From the NCBI GenBank assembly GCA_965208905.1, contig OZ242365.1:640001-704000 (forward strand): 64,000 nt of DNA. Reading direction: 5' to 3'. Origin of the DNA: Nitrosopumilaceae archaeon (GTDB lineage Archaea; Thermoproteota; Nitrososphaeria; Nitrososphaerales; Nitrosopumilaceae). A program made the position numbers and the translations under genes. The notes under the pieces are model-generated. The model worked only from the letters and a program-made list of their open reading frames with translations. It was not told where the DNA came from and searched no databases. This document shows positions 39,654 through 49,821 of this stretch, one piece after another. How positions within the stretch are numbered: position 1 is the stretch's first letter; each line of letters begins with the position of its first letter.

Positions 39654-41203
39654 CTCTCCAATATGCTCAACACCTTGCGAGGTATATCTTGCAGGCGGCT
39701 AGTAGCCAAAGTACGCTCGTATCCTAAATGGCGCAGGTTGGATGCAATCACAGTGGCACGTGCAGTATTGGGCCCTAACCCTAATGCCACCATTCGTATA
39801 CCCTGAGCTCGTATCGTCTTTATTATATCTCGGACGGCCCCCGAATCTGACGGCTCCCCATCTGTCAGTGTTAGAAATATGTCTGGTAGCTGGGCCTGCA
39901 GATCTGGCAACATCTTTTGGTATACCTGGGCCAATGGTGTGGAACCGTTTGCCACCACCTGCGCAAGACGTTTTGCATGAGTGCGCCTCCATCTAGATTG
40001 GTCATTTTTGATTAGCCAACATACCACTTCTCTCCCCTGAGTACTAAACGCGTATACTGCAAAGCGCACATCCAGATAAGAGAGCACCTCACACAACCCC
40101 AGTGTGGCTTTTTTGTATTCTAGTGCGTCGCCAGATATGCTAGAGGAGTGGTCCAACAGTATCACTACTCTACTTTTAATGGTCCGACGCACATCTGTAA
40201 CAAACGGCTTGTTGCCGTCTATGTAACTCTCTATATCAAATTCATCACCTGCGCTATGAAGCGTTTCGGCATATCCACTCTTCCATAATCGAAATCTTGT
40301 CTTTAGCTTGTTTATCAGGTCTATATCGTATATGGGTGATTCATCTATATCACTTGTAGATGGTACTCTTATACTGCCAGCTAAAGATGACACATCACTT
40401 CTTCTGTTTTTATCTGCTTCCTCTATAACTGTGCGATACTCATCTGATGCTAACTCCCCACGTAATACGGCATCTTTGTCTATCTTTCCAAAGTCACCTT
40501 CTTTGTTGTTTATGACTGCCTTCAAGAATCGTGTTATGTCATCTTGATTTACTGGCGTGTCATGACGTACATAGGGCAGTGATATAGGGACTGTTTGTAG
40601 AGCATCTATATCTAAAATACGAATTATTTCACCGGCCTTCTTCTCCATCCAAATAGTTTGATGGTCTTCGTCCAGTGCTTTTTCAACTGCCCTCTTTGCT
40701 ACCCTTGTTGCTTTTAACGCCTTTTGGAAGTGATTGGCCTGAACCTCGCCCCGAAATGCCCCAAACATGAAATGCTGATAGAATACCTCTAGTATGCGAG
40801 TCCTTCCGTATGTGGTCCCCAATGGAGGCCTGCTTAGAAATCTATACGTGTACGAAAATATAATCTCCGAATCCATACCCTGCCACATCCTTCTGCCTAA
40901 AGCCTCTGTTCTACTCTCTTCTAGCATATCCATTATGAATCCAAATGCATGGTCTTTGCTAAAGATCTTTTGACAGAAACGTACCTTCATGGCCTCATGC
41001 CACAAATCCATTCGAAACTGTCTATATCTAGCAAAGTCATCGCCTACTCGTTTTTTCATGGGGTATAGTATTATGCGGTTCTCTGCAATGCGGGTCCGCG
41101 TGCCAACCTTTTCAGATATGTCCACTGTAATGTCTCGGTTTCCAGACCAGCTTCGGGCTAAGAATGTGGCTAACTCTATAAGGGATTGTTCGGTGTAGGC
41201 CAT
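39650..41203 (-). CDS. von Willebrand factor A domain protein (NorD-like)
   Basis: LLDHSSS MIDAS, GSTP, LTDGEP; partner of the adjacent AAA+ ATPase. Confidence 0.85.
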   Translation of the reverse strand: MAYTEQSLIELATFLARSWSGNRDITVDISEKVGTRTRIAENRIILYPMKKRVGDDFARYRQFRMDLWHEAMKVRFCQKIFSKDHAFGFIMDMLEESRTEALGRRMWQGMDSEIIFSYTYRFLSRPPLGTTYGRTRILEVFYQHFMFGAFRGEVQANHFQKALKATRVAKRAVEKALDEDHQTIWMEKKAGEIIRILDIDALQTVPISLPYVRHDTPVNQDDITRFLKAVINNKEGDFGKIDKDAVLRGELASDEYRTVIEEADKNRRSDVSSLAGSIRVPSTSDIDESPIYDIDLINKLKTRFRLWKSGYAETLHSAGDEFDIESYIDGNKPFVTDVRRTIKSRVVILLDHSSSISGDALEYKKATLGLCEVLSYLDVRFAVYAFSTQGREVVCWLIKNDQSRWRRTHAKRLAQVVANGSTPLAQVYQKMLPDLQAQLPDIFLTLTDGEPSDSGAVRDIIKTIRAQGIRMVALGLGPNTARATVIASNLRHLGYERTLATSRLQDIPRKVLSILER

Positions 41204-41989
41204 CTATCCAAACATCGATACTATGATATCGTTGACCTTTTGATACTCCATCTCGCCCCACTGCGCATATACATTACCAAATACCATCCGCGCAGCTTCT
41301 ATGGGAGGCGTATCCAAGTCCAATAAGCGACCAAACGCTATAGTCTCCCGAATACTTGGTGAGTAAAAGAGCTCTTCTACGGCGGCAGCTTCACGTAATG
41401 TATTGGCTAACCTTACTCCCTGAAGTATCTCAGATGTATTATCTTTTTTTGTGTACTCTTTTATTATATCACACTCTATCTCTTCAGGTGGATACTCTAA
41501 TCGTATTCTAACCGGAAATCTACTTAGTAATTGTGGGGGGAGCTCTTTTGTGCCAGAGTGGGAGAGTGGATTTATGGAACCTATTGCAAACCATCCCCTC
41601 TGCGCCTTTATGGTCTCACCTGATGACTCTTTTAGTACCAACTGTTGCCGGTCATCTAGTGATTCATCCAGTCTGATAAGTACATCTGCTTCGGCGGCGT
41701 TTATCTCATCTAAATATAACATACTGCCACTTTTCATAGAACGTACCAGCAGCCCATCGTTGAATGTAACTGTGCCATCATCTAGAGTATTTGTGCCTAT
41801 AAGATGACTCTCTCGAGTCCGTAGACTAAAATTTATAGAGTCAAGATGTACATTACGACTCTCAGCAAACCGACGAACAAGTGTTGTTTTACCCGTACCC
41901 TTTGGACCTATAACCAATACAAAGAGCCCTGCATTATACGCCTTGTTTAGTATGTCCAAAGAGTTATTCCAGTCTATATATTCAGCCAT
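41204..41989 (-). CDS. CbbQ/NirQ/NorQ (MoxR-family) AAA+ ATPase
   Basis: GPKGTGKT, YLDEIN, LLSRF, SPSIRE. Confidence 0.9.
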   Translation of the reverse strand: MAEYIDWNNSLDILNKAYNAGLFVLVIGPKGTGKTTLVRRFAESRNVHLDSINFSLRTRESHLIGTNTLDDGTVTFNDGLLVRSMKSGSMLYLDEINAAEADVLIRLDESLDDRQQLVLKESSGETIKAQRGWFAIGSINPLSHSGTKELPPQLLSRFPVRIRLEYPPEEIECDIIKEYTKKDNTSEILQGVRLANTLREAAAVEELFYSPSIRETIAFGRLLDLDTPPIEAARMVFGNVYAQWGEMEYQKVNDIIVSMFG

Positions 41990-42016
41990 ACATTGTATGC
42001 AAGATATCTACCATAT

Positions 42017-42895
42017 TTAGGAGTTAGAATTTTGCGTTGATGCCTTGTCGTACTTTCGTTGAATGATGGCAGATGCCACCTTGATGGCATCCAAACTTTG
42101 TTGCACATTATGAGTCCTAATGATGTCTGCCCCACTTGCCACTGACATGACCTCGGCGGCTATCGAACCGTACAATCGACCATCTGCACTGCGATCATCT
42201 AATATGCTACCTATGAATGACTTGTTTGATACTGAGACTAAAATTGGCATATCTTCTGTTATCTGTCGTAGGTGCTGTATTATGTCAATGTCTCGTTGAA
42301 CCCAGCTGTAGTCAATTTGGGTGCACCATGGACTGTCACTATCTCGGAAGAAGCCGATACATGGGTCTATGACCATACGTGTCTTGTCGGCTCCGTATCT
42401 CTGTACTTTTTGCATTGTGTGTTCGAGTATTTTTGCCGTATCTTGTGCAGTTCCAATGCTTTTTTGACTACTATGAGCACACAGTACTATATCGGGACTA
42501 TATCGTGATATTACATTTAGCATCTTTTTATCATAATTAAATCCCGTCACATCATTTAGTATGGTGGCTCCAGATTTAATGGCAGCCTGCGCAACACCAC
42601 TTCTGATGGTATCTACTGATATGGGCAAACTAGAAACCTCAGATATGGCTTTTATGGCATTCTGTATACGACTCTTTTCTGTCTCCTCTGATACAATACT
42701 GTCAATATATGGGGCTGTGGACATGCCACCCACATCTATGTATCTAGCACCACCCTCTTCCATTAATTTTACTTCTTTTTTTATATCATCAGCTCTACTT
42801 TTAATTGATTTTTTATAAAATGATTCAGGACTCACATTAATTATTCCCATAACTCTCACAGGATGTAAGTATCCCACATTAACGCCTCCTAACAT
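42017..42895 (-). CDS. folP: Dihydropteroate synthase
   Basis: MGIINVSPESF, IDVGGMST.P, ISVDT, IDPCIGF, SNKSF, IRTHNV. Confidence 0.93.
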   Translation of the reverse strand: MLGGVNVGYLHPVRVMGIINVSPESFYKKSIKSRADDIKKEVKLMEEGGARYIDVGGMSTAPYIDSIVSEETEKSRIQNAIKAISEVSSLPISVDTIRSGVAQAAIKSGATILNDVTGFNYDKKMLNVISRYSPDIVLCAHSSQKSIGTAQDTAKILEHTMQKVQRYGADKTRMVIDPCIGFFRDSDSPWCTQIDYSWVQRDIDIIQHLRQITEDMPILVSVSNKSFIGSILDDRSADGRLYGSIAAEVMSVASGADIIRTHNVQQSLDAIKVASAIIQRKYDKASTQNSNS

Positions 42896-44313
42896 ATAAT
42901 GTGATATTTTAATAGGACTATAATGAGTTTTGCAATTTAAAATTTCTATCTAATAATACATTTTGGTGTTGTTGGGCATTGTTGTAGTGTATAATAAAAT
43001 TGAAGAATTTTTATTGTGTACGAATTACAAAAATTATTGACAGATATTCTATGATACATAGTTATGTATGCAGCTGGCTATGTGCAATAGACTGATTTAT
43101 TGATGATGTGTAGTCCAGTGTTATTCTAATATGAAAAACAGTATTACATACTGGTATAATCTTGTCGTACCAAATGTTGCCCATACTCATCAGTGAACGC
43201 TGTCAAATATTAGATATTTTTTATTCTATTGCAGATAATTCCAAATATAGTAGCAGAACCAGAAAATAAAACAATCAGAGACAACTCAAGACCATGAGAG
43301 ATTATAAGCGAGTTACACCATAAAAAGCGGCTTTTGGAGTAGCAAATTGATATTCATAATCAACAAGTCTGTGAATTATACGTCTCAGAGGATAATTTTG
43401 GTACTACATATTTGGATTCCCGCCAAAGAGATGGAGACAATAAATTCGAAGATTGGATTATAATGATATAGTTAAACCAAATAACACTAATAATAATCTC
43501 GATGACTTGTTAAACCAGAGAACTTTGATATTTTAATTTTAGTTGAAACATTATTAAAAAATCATCAGAATACTAAAGGGTGAGCCCATAACTTTGGAGT
43601 TATGTAACATGATGGATTCGCCTGATTGTTACCTAATGAAAAAATATCCGAATATGTGATACGGAGTTTGTTCGAGTCTAAAAGGTTTTCCAAAATACAT
43701 GTATTCATACCGACACGAGGAATAAACAGAAAAAGCAAGAGAGTGAAAGAGCTCCCCCCACTAAAGATGAAAATGAAATATCTCAAGCTTTGGGTATAGC
43801 AGCACAACGGTGCTGTAAAAATAAAGAATAATCTTGTTTCACTTCCATATATGGTGCGTCATGCGCAACTTTGGGCAATCTGGTATCCTATCTGAATACT
43901 TTCATGGAACCTACAGCAAATTCAACAGATCAGTGACATGCATAATTTGGAGATAGTACAATGTCATAATGACAAGCCTATCTCAACACTGCCATGCATC
44001 AAAACTCATTAATTTTGGGCGGTTCAAGACATCAACTTTTTATGACAACACAATACAGTTACAACACTGAATCAGTCTGCGCACATTTACTAAATAATAG
44101 GTATATGTAAACACCATTATGAAATTATGGGCTTTTTCACATATCATGTGACACATTATACCATATGTTTAGAGTGATTTTGATTTAATCAAGAAATATC
44201 ATTACCACGGCATATTGTCTACAACTTCTATGACATCTCTGCAGTAATTTATTGTGTATGCAGTTGGTATTATTGCGATTAGATTAATTATATGTGAACG
44301 TTTGTAATGTAGT

Positions 44314-45045
44314 ATGATTTCAGGTTGGCCTGTATGGTATGAAAAAATATGTAGACAGTTTGACTATGATCCAAACAACGATCAGACTGCTGCTACCATA
44401 CTGAATGATATACTTGATGAACGCTTTGATACTACCATATTACATAATATAATTAACAACAAGACGGTTTTGTGTGTGGGTGCAGGTCCCTCTTTACCAT
44501 CTGTCATCCCAATCATTAAAAATACATCAATGCCCATAATAGTGGCAGACTCGGCGCTCCAAATGCTGATTCAATCCCAAATAACACCTAATATTGTAGT
44601 GACAGACTTGGATGGACAACCTGACTGTATGATGAGTTTGGCCGACTCAAATATTATATTTGTAGTACATGCGCACGGCGACAACATAGAAAAACTACAC
44701 ATGGCAAGATCGTTTCGTCGATGCTTGGGTACCACTCAGGGTGTACCATTTGGCAGACTGCATAATTTTGGAGGATTCACCGATGGGGATCGTACAGTAT
44801 TTTTGGCTGACCACTTTGGAGCTCACTCTATAATATTATGTGGCATGGATTTGGATGGCCCTGTATCTCCATGGTCTGTACCCGACAAGACTGAGACTGC
44901 AATTGCATCAAAACTCTCAAAACTACGTATGGCTTCCTCTCTATTGGAATGGCTGGCACAAAACTCCCACTCCAGACTGTATACGCTATTATGTGATGTA
45001 TCTGGTTTTGATAGAGTTGCACCGCCTGATACTAAGAATATATAG
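44314..45045 (+). CDS. mptE: 6-hydroxymethyl-7,8-dihydropterin pyrophosphokinase (DUF115)
   Basis: GAGPSL, VADSA, VTDLDG, VHAHGDN, NFGGFTDGDR. Confidence 0.9.
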   Translation: MISGWPVWYEKICRQFDYDPNNDQTAATILNDILDERFDTTILHNIINNKTVLCVGAGPSLPSVIPIIKNTSMPIIVADSALQMLIQSQITPNIVVTDLDGQPDCMMSLADSNIIFVVHAHGDNIEKLHMARSFRRCLGTTQGVPFGRLHNFGGFTDGDRTVFLADHFGAHSIILCGMDLDGPVSPWSVPDKTETAIASKLSKLRMASSLLEWLAQNSHSRLYTLLCDVSGFDRVAPPDTKNI

Positions 45046-45068
45046 AATCTGATATCATCAACTATACG

Positions 45069-45722
45069 ATGAGACTTAGCGCCGAGCAAGTACAGGGTAT
45101 TGCCGAACTGCGGGAAAAATTGCAGGAGAGATTAGAACAACTGCGCCAAGAGATTGACATGACAATATTGAATATAGATGCCCTTGATGCGGCCCTTACC
45201 CAGTCCAGCTTTACACGCGCCTCTGAGTATACTCCTCCACCCAAAGCCGAACCAGAACCACCCAAAGCCGAACCAGAACCACCCAAAGCCGAACCAGAAC
45301 CACCCAAAGCCGAACCAGAACCACCCAAAGCCGAACCAGAACCACCCAAAGCCGAACCAGAACCTACCGTATCATCGACTGATGATGTATCCACCATAAT
45401 GGTGAATGATTCTGCCATCGGCGGCATAAGCACATCTGCAGATAAAATAACCATAAAATTGTACGTGCCAGTATCAGCCAAGACCCCGCCATTTGAGACA
45501 TTCTTTATATCACGTATAATTGGCGGTATGATGACCAAGGATGCCGTTGAGGTTGAAGGTGGAAGACTCTCTAAAGATTTAGCTATACGATACGAGCTAA
45601 AGACTCAGGATGATACACTTGATCAAATAATAATATACAATTATAGGCTAGAAGCAAGGGCCCGTGAGATTAATAGTACTATACGATGGGCATTATCTAG
45701 GATGCTAGAACATGTCCAGTAA
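45069..45722 (+). CDS. Hypothetical protein with an N-terminal coiled coil and a (PPKAEPE)6 linker
   Basis: 217-aa ORF overlapping the guaA start; TPPF..FF..RI and IIIYNY motifs. Confidence 0.75.
   Translation: MRLSAEQVQGIAELREKLQERLEQLRQEIDMTILNIDALDAALTQSSFTRASEYTPPPKAEPEPPKAEPEPPKAEPEPPKAEPEPPKAEPEPPKAEPEPTVSSTDDVSTIMVNDSAIGGISTSADKITIKLYVPVSAKTPPFETFFISRIIGGMMTKDAVEVEGGRLSKDLAIRYELKTQDDTLDQIIIYNYRLEARAREINSTIRWALSRMLEHVQ
45237..45362 (+). repeat. Perfect 21-bp tandem repeat x6 (CCACCCAAAGCCGAACCAGAA)
   Basis: Six identical in-frame units encoding PPKAEPE. Confidence 0.95.
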
Positions 45723-47247
45723 AGAGTCAGATCGAATTGTAGTCTTGGACTTTGGCTCGCAGTATAGCCATCTGATATGTAGACGAATACGTGACTTCGC
45801 CGTTAGAGCTGAACTACTACCCTTCGATACAGATACAACTGAGGTGCTGTCTGCAGACACTAAAGGCGTCATACTCTCTGGCGGACCATCAAGTACCTAT
45901 GCAGAGAATGCTCCGATGCCACAACAGGGCATACTGGACTCTAACATACCCATATTGGGCATCTGTTATGGCCATCAGGTTATAGTGAGCAGATATGGCG
46001 GTGTGGTGAAGCGGGCATCCCGAGAGTATGGTCACTCTACTCTGATGATACATGACTCCGATGGACTATTTGGAGGCTTGGACTCTTCAATGACGGCCTG
46101 GATGAGTCATGGTGATGAGGCAGAGACTATTCCAGATGGCTTTCGTGTAATTGGACAAACCTCATCTGCGGCGGCTGCCGCAATATGTGATGACTCCAAT
46201 CGCATATTTGGACTTCAATTTCACCCTGAAGTAGCTCACACGCCCAAAGGGGTGGACATACTGTACAACTTTGCTGTCAAAATATGCGGCGCCAAACAAA
46301 ATTGGACAATGGAGGCATTTACCTCATCTACAATAAAGAGACTCTCACATACAACAGGGCGTGTACTCTGCGGCGTCAGTGGTGGTGTTGACTCTAGTGT
46401 AGTCGCCGTCTTACTGCACAAGGCTATTGGGGACAATCTCCGCTGTGTCTTTGTAGAGAACGGGCTATTGAGACATAATGAAGCATCTGAGGTTAAAGAG
46501 ATGTTCGCTGATCTTGGCATACCTGTAGATGTTATTGATGCCTCAGAGTCTTTTTTAAACTCACTGTCGGGTATCGATGATCCTGAAGACAAACGAAAGA
46601 TTATCGGTGAGGAGTTTGTACGAGCATTTACTGAGTACTCCAAGAAGAATGGACCATTTCAATGGCTGGCTCAGGGAACCTTATACCCTGATGTTATAGA
46701 GAGTGGAGTCTCTGGAGGCCCGGCAGCCGTGATAAAGTCCCACCATAACGTTGGCGGTCTTCCAAAATGGCTTGGTTTGGGTATAATAGAGCCTCTCCGC
46801 GACCTGTATAAAGATGAGGTTCGCGCTGTGGGAGGAATATTGGGTGTCCCATCTAAATTTTTACAACGACATCCCTTCCCAGGTCCGGGTCTGGCCGTGC
46901 GCATAATGGGCCGCATAACCCCAAACAAACTTCGCATATGCCGCCAAGCTAGCCGTATAGTCGAAGAGGAGATTATATCCGCCGGTCTGTACGAAGATAT
47001 ATGGCAAGCCTACGCTGCCGTTGGGGATGACTTGGCTGTAGGCGTGGTGGGAGACTCCCGTATGCACGGCCATGTAGTGATGATTCGTGTAGTAAAGTCG
47101 ATTGACGCCATGACGGCAGACTGGGCCAGACTGGATCACACACTTTTAGAGTCAATGAGTAATCGTATAACAAATGAGATAGATGAGGTCACATGGGTCA
47201 CCTATGCAATATCCAGCAAACCCCCCGCCACTATAGAGCCTCAGTAG
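45712..47247 (+). CDS. guaA: GMP synthase (glutamine-hydrolysing)
   Basis: LDFGSQY, GICYG, QFHPE, SGGVDS, QGTLYPDVIES, KSHHNVGG, KPPATIE. Confidence 0.97.
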   Translation: MSSKESDRIVVLDFGSQYSHLICRRIRDFAVRAELLPFDTDTTEVLSADTKGVILSGGPSSTYAENAPMPQQGILDSNIPILGICYGHQVIVSRYGGVVKRASREYGHSTLMIHDSDGLFGGLDSSMTAWMSHGDEAETIPDGFRVIGQTSSAAAAAICDDSNRIFGLQFHPEVAHTPKGVDILYNFAVKICGAKQNWTMEAFTSSTIKRLSHTTGRVLCGVSGGVDSSVVAVLLHKAIGDNLRCVFVENGLLRHNEASEVKEMFADLGIPVDVIDASESFLNSLSGIDDPEDKRKIIGEEFVRAFTEYSKKNGPFQWLAQGTLYPDVIESGVSGGPAAVIKSHHNVGGLPKWLGLGIIEPLRDLYKDEVRAVGGILGVPSKFLQRHPFPGPGLAVRIMGRITPNKLRICRQASRIVEEEIISAGLYEDIWQAYAAVGDDLAVGVVGDSRMHGHVVMIRVVKSIDAMTADWARLDHTLLESMSNRITNEIDEVTWVTYAISSKPPATIEPQ

Positions 47248-48091
47248 CACCTAGTAGGGCTGCCCCTATCACACCTGATGAATCTCCTAAACTGTTCTGC
47301 AGTATGGGTGTGTTACATTCGGGTGTCAACTTTTTTACAGCATCCCTCCCTTCATTGTATAGAAAGTCAATGTTTGAGAGGCCTCCACCTAACACTATGC
47401 AGTCGGGATTCAGTATTTGCATGACATTTGAGAGTGCCAACCCAAAGTTGTCGACAAATGTATCCTTCCACTCTGTATAACCCGACGGTTGTTGCTCTAT
47501 GATGTCTGGTATACTCATGTATGTGTGATTTTCCTTGTACCATATCTGTTGCAGTGCTGGACCGCTGATGTATGCCTCAACACATCCTCTTTTGCCGCAC
47601 CAGCATGGTGTACCGTTTGGGTATAATGTACTATGACCCCACTCGCCAGCCATCCCCACACTGCCATAAATTACATCACCATTTACTGATATGCCGCCAC
47701 CAACTCCCGTCCCCATTATACTGCCAAATACTACACTGTATGAGGTACCTGCACCTAGTGTTGCTTCAGCCGCCACAAAGCAGTCTGCATCATTACCCAT
47801 ACTGATACTTGCGTTTAAGTTATCTTCTATGTCGCGTTTCAGATGCCTTCCTCGAATGTATTTTAGATTACTACCAATTATACGTCCGTCTGGACCCACA
47901 GTTCCCGGCGTTCCAATGCCGATTGTATGTGTACCTAAGTCTAGCTGATGTATCATATGTTGTATCGTCTCTAGTATCTGTGTGTATGAATCAGGTGTGC
48001 TTACACGCTGGCGTTTTAGTATGCTATGATTATGATCAAGGATCGCCCCCTCAATCTTGGTTCCTCCCAGATCAACTCCGATATGATACAA
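47231..48091 (-). CDS. ROK-family sugar kinase
   Basis: GVDLGGTKI, NDADC, GTGVGGG, GEWGH, CWCGKRGCVE, GGGLS. Confidence 0.9.
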   Translation of the reverse strand: MYHIGVDLGGTKIEGAILDHNHSILKRQRVSTPDSYTQILETIQHMIHQLDLGTHTIGIGTPGTVGPDGRIIGSNLKYIRGRHLKRDIEDNLNASISMGNDADCFVAAEATLGAGTSYSVVFGSIMGTGVGGGISVNGDVIYGSVGMAGEWGHSTLYPNGTPCWCGKRGCVEAYISGPALQQIWYKENHTYMSIPDIIEQQPSGYTEWKDTFVDNFGLALSNVMQILNPDCIVLGGGLSNIDFLYNEGRDAVKKLTPECNTPILQNSLGDSSGVIGAALLGATEAL

Positions 48092-48109
48092 AAAAATTCA
48101 AAAAAATGA

Positions 48110-49726
48110 TTATCCCATTGGATTATCGCCACCGGGCGCACCCGATACGGCGATAACATCGTCTATTCTTAACACCATGCATACAGTCTCAGTGGCAGAC
48201 TTTATAATCTGCTCCTTTACTATTACAGGCTCAACTATACTCTGTTCTAACATGTTGGTGATTGTACTGTTCTTTGCGTCAATTCCAGTCCACTTTAGTC
48301 CCTGACTGTGTTGAGCTCGTAGATTGGCTATGGTATCGATGGGGTTCATACCTGCATTTTCAGCTATCGTTATAGGTATGACCTCTAAAGCCTCGGCGTA
48401 CTTTTTGACGGCTAGCTGTTCGCGTCCATCAAAGATGTCTGCCCAATCTTTTAGTCGTGAGGATACGTATGCTTCGGGTGAACCACCTCCAGCTACAATT
48501 GCCGGTTTTTCAATTACGTCTTTGACTACCATTAGGGCGTCATGTATTGATCTGTCCGCTTCATCCACAACTCTCTGTGTTCCGCCTCTTAGGAGTAGTG
48601 TGACTGACTGTGGATTACTACATCCTTCGATGAATACCCAGTTGTCCGCCTCTACCTTCTCTTGTTTTACTTGCTGGGCTGTTCCTAGATCGTCTGGTGC
48701 AAGATCATCAACGTTGGATATGACACGACCACCTGTTGCCTTTGCCAGCTTTGTCATGTCGCTCTCTTTTACCCGACGTACTGCTAGTATTCCATTCTTT
48801 GCTAGATAGTGTTGCGCAATATCGTCTATGCCTTTTTGACAGAGTAGTACGTTGGCTCCTGCCTGTTGTAGTTTGTCGACCATCTCCTTTAACATGCGAT
48901 TCTCTTCTTCAAGATACATCTGCATCTGAGCAGGGTCGGTTATGCGTATCTCTGAGCTCATCTCGGTCTTTTCTATCTCCATTGCTGCATTGAGCAGTAC
49001 TATCTTTGCGTTGGCTATCTTGGTGGGCATACCACTGTGTACTACCTCTTTGTCCAAGACTATGCCGCTTACGAGTCGGGAGTTTTGAATTGAACCGCCT
49101 GCCTTCTTTTCGACCTTGACGTTGTCCAAATCTACAACCTGCTGATCACCATCTTTGACTGCCACCCTTAATACGGCCTCTACGATCATGGATGACAAGA
49201 GATCACTGTCATCTGATATCAGTTTTGACTGCATGCTGGTGGCTGCCACCTTTAGGAGACTTTCGGTATCGTTAGAGTCTATCTGTTTAGCAATACTTGA
49301 GTATATGCTGAGAGCCTTATCGGCAGCGGATTGATAACCCTCTATTATAACAGAGGAGTGTACACCCTTCTTTAGTAACTCTTCGGCCTTTGTAAGCAGG
49401 GCTCCTGCAAATATCACCGAACTGGTGGTACCATCTCCGACTTCATTATCTAGAGCCTTTGATATCTCGACCATCATTTTGGCGGCAGGATGCTGTATGT
49501 CTATCTCTTTTAGTATGGTGGCTCCATCATTGGTGATTGTAACATCTCCCAACGAGTCCACCAACATCTTGTCTAGACCTCTAGGACCTAGGCTGGTGCG
49601 TATCAACTCTGCTACTAGTTTTGCTGCAGCAATGTTGTTCTGCTGTGCGTCCTTTCCTTTCTGCTGCAGGGCGCTCTCTTTTAGTACGAGAACTGGCCCC
49701 TGCGGTGTTTGTTGTATTGATGCCAT
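48110..49726 (-). CDS. ths: Thermosome (group II chaperonin) subunit
   Basis: LGPRGLDKML, TNDGATIL, GDGTTS, AGGG.PE, LRIDD. Confidence 0.97.
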   Translation of the reverse strand: MASIQQTPQGPVLVLKESALQQKGKDAQQNNIAAAKLVAELIRTSLGPRGLDKMLVDSLGDVTITNDGATILKEIDIQHPAAKMMVEISKALDNEVGDGTTSSVIFAGALLTKAEELLKKGVHSSVIIEGYQSAADKALSIYSSIAKQIDSNDTESLLKVAATSMQSKLISDDSDLLSSMIVEAVLRVAVKDGDQQVVDLDNVKVEKKAGGSIQNSRLVSGIVLDKEVVHSGMPTKIANAKIVLLNAAMEIEKTEMSSEIRITDPAQMQMYLEEENRMLKEMVDKLQQAGANVLLCQKGIDDIAQHYLAKNGILAVRRVKESDMTKLAKATGGRVISNVDDLAPDDLGTAQQVKQEKVEADNWVFIEGCSNPQSVTLLLRGGTQRVVDEADRSIHDALMVVKDVIEKPAIVAGGGSPEAYVSSRLKDWADIFDGREQLAVKKYAEALEVIPITIAENAGMNPIDTIANLRAQHSQGLKWTGIDAKNSTITNMLEQSIVEPVIVKEQIIKSATETVCMVLRIDDVIAVSGAPGGDNPMG

Positions 49727-49821
49727 TTGATGTTGTGATGCCTTTTCTCCCTCTTTTTAATATTCCGAGATGGATTTTTTTCATAGAATCTGCGTCAGTT
49801 TAGATCTTTTAGGTGATTTGA

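Noticed and set aside
39207-41989. AAA+/vWA/ASCH operon as a novel system
   Set aside because: MoxR-vWA chaperone pairs are well known, and this one looks like core genome in a housekeeping context
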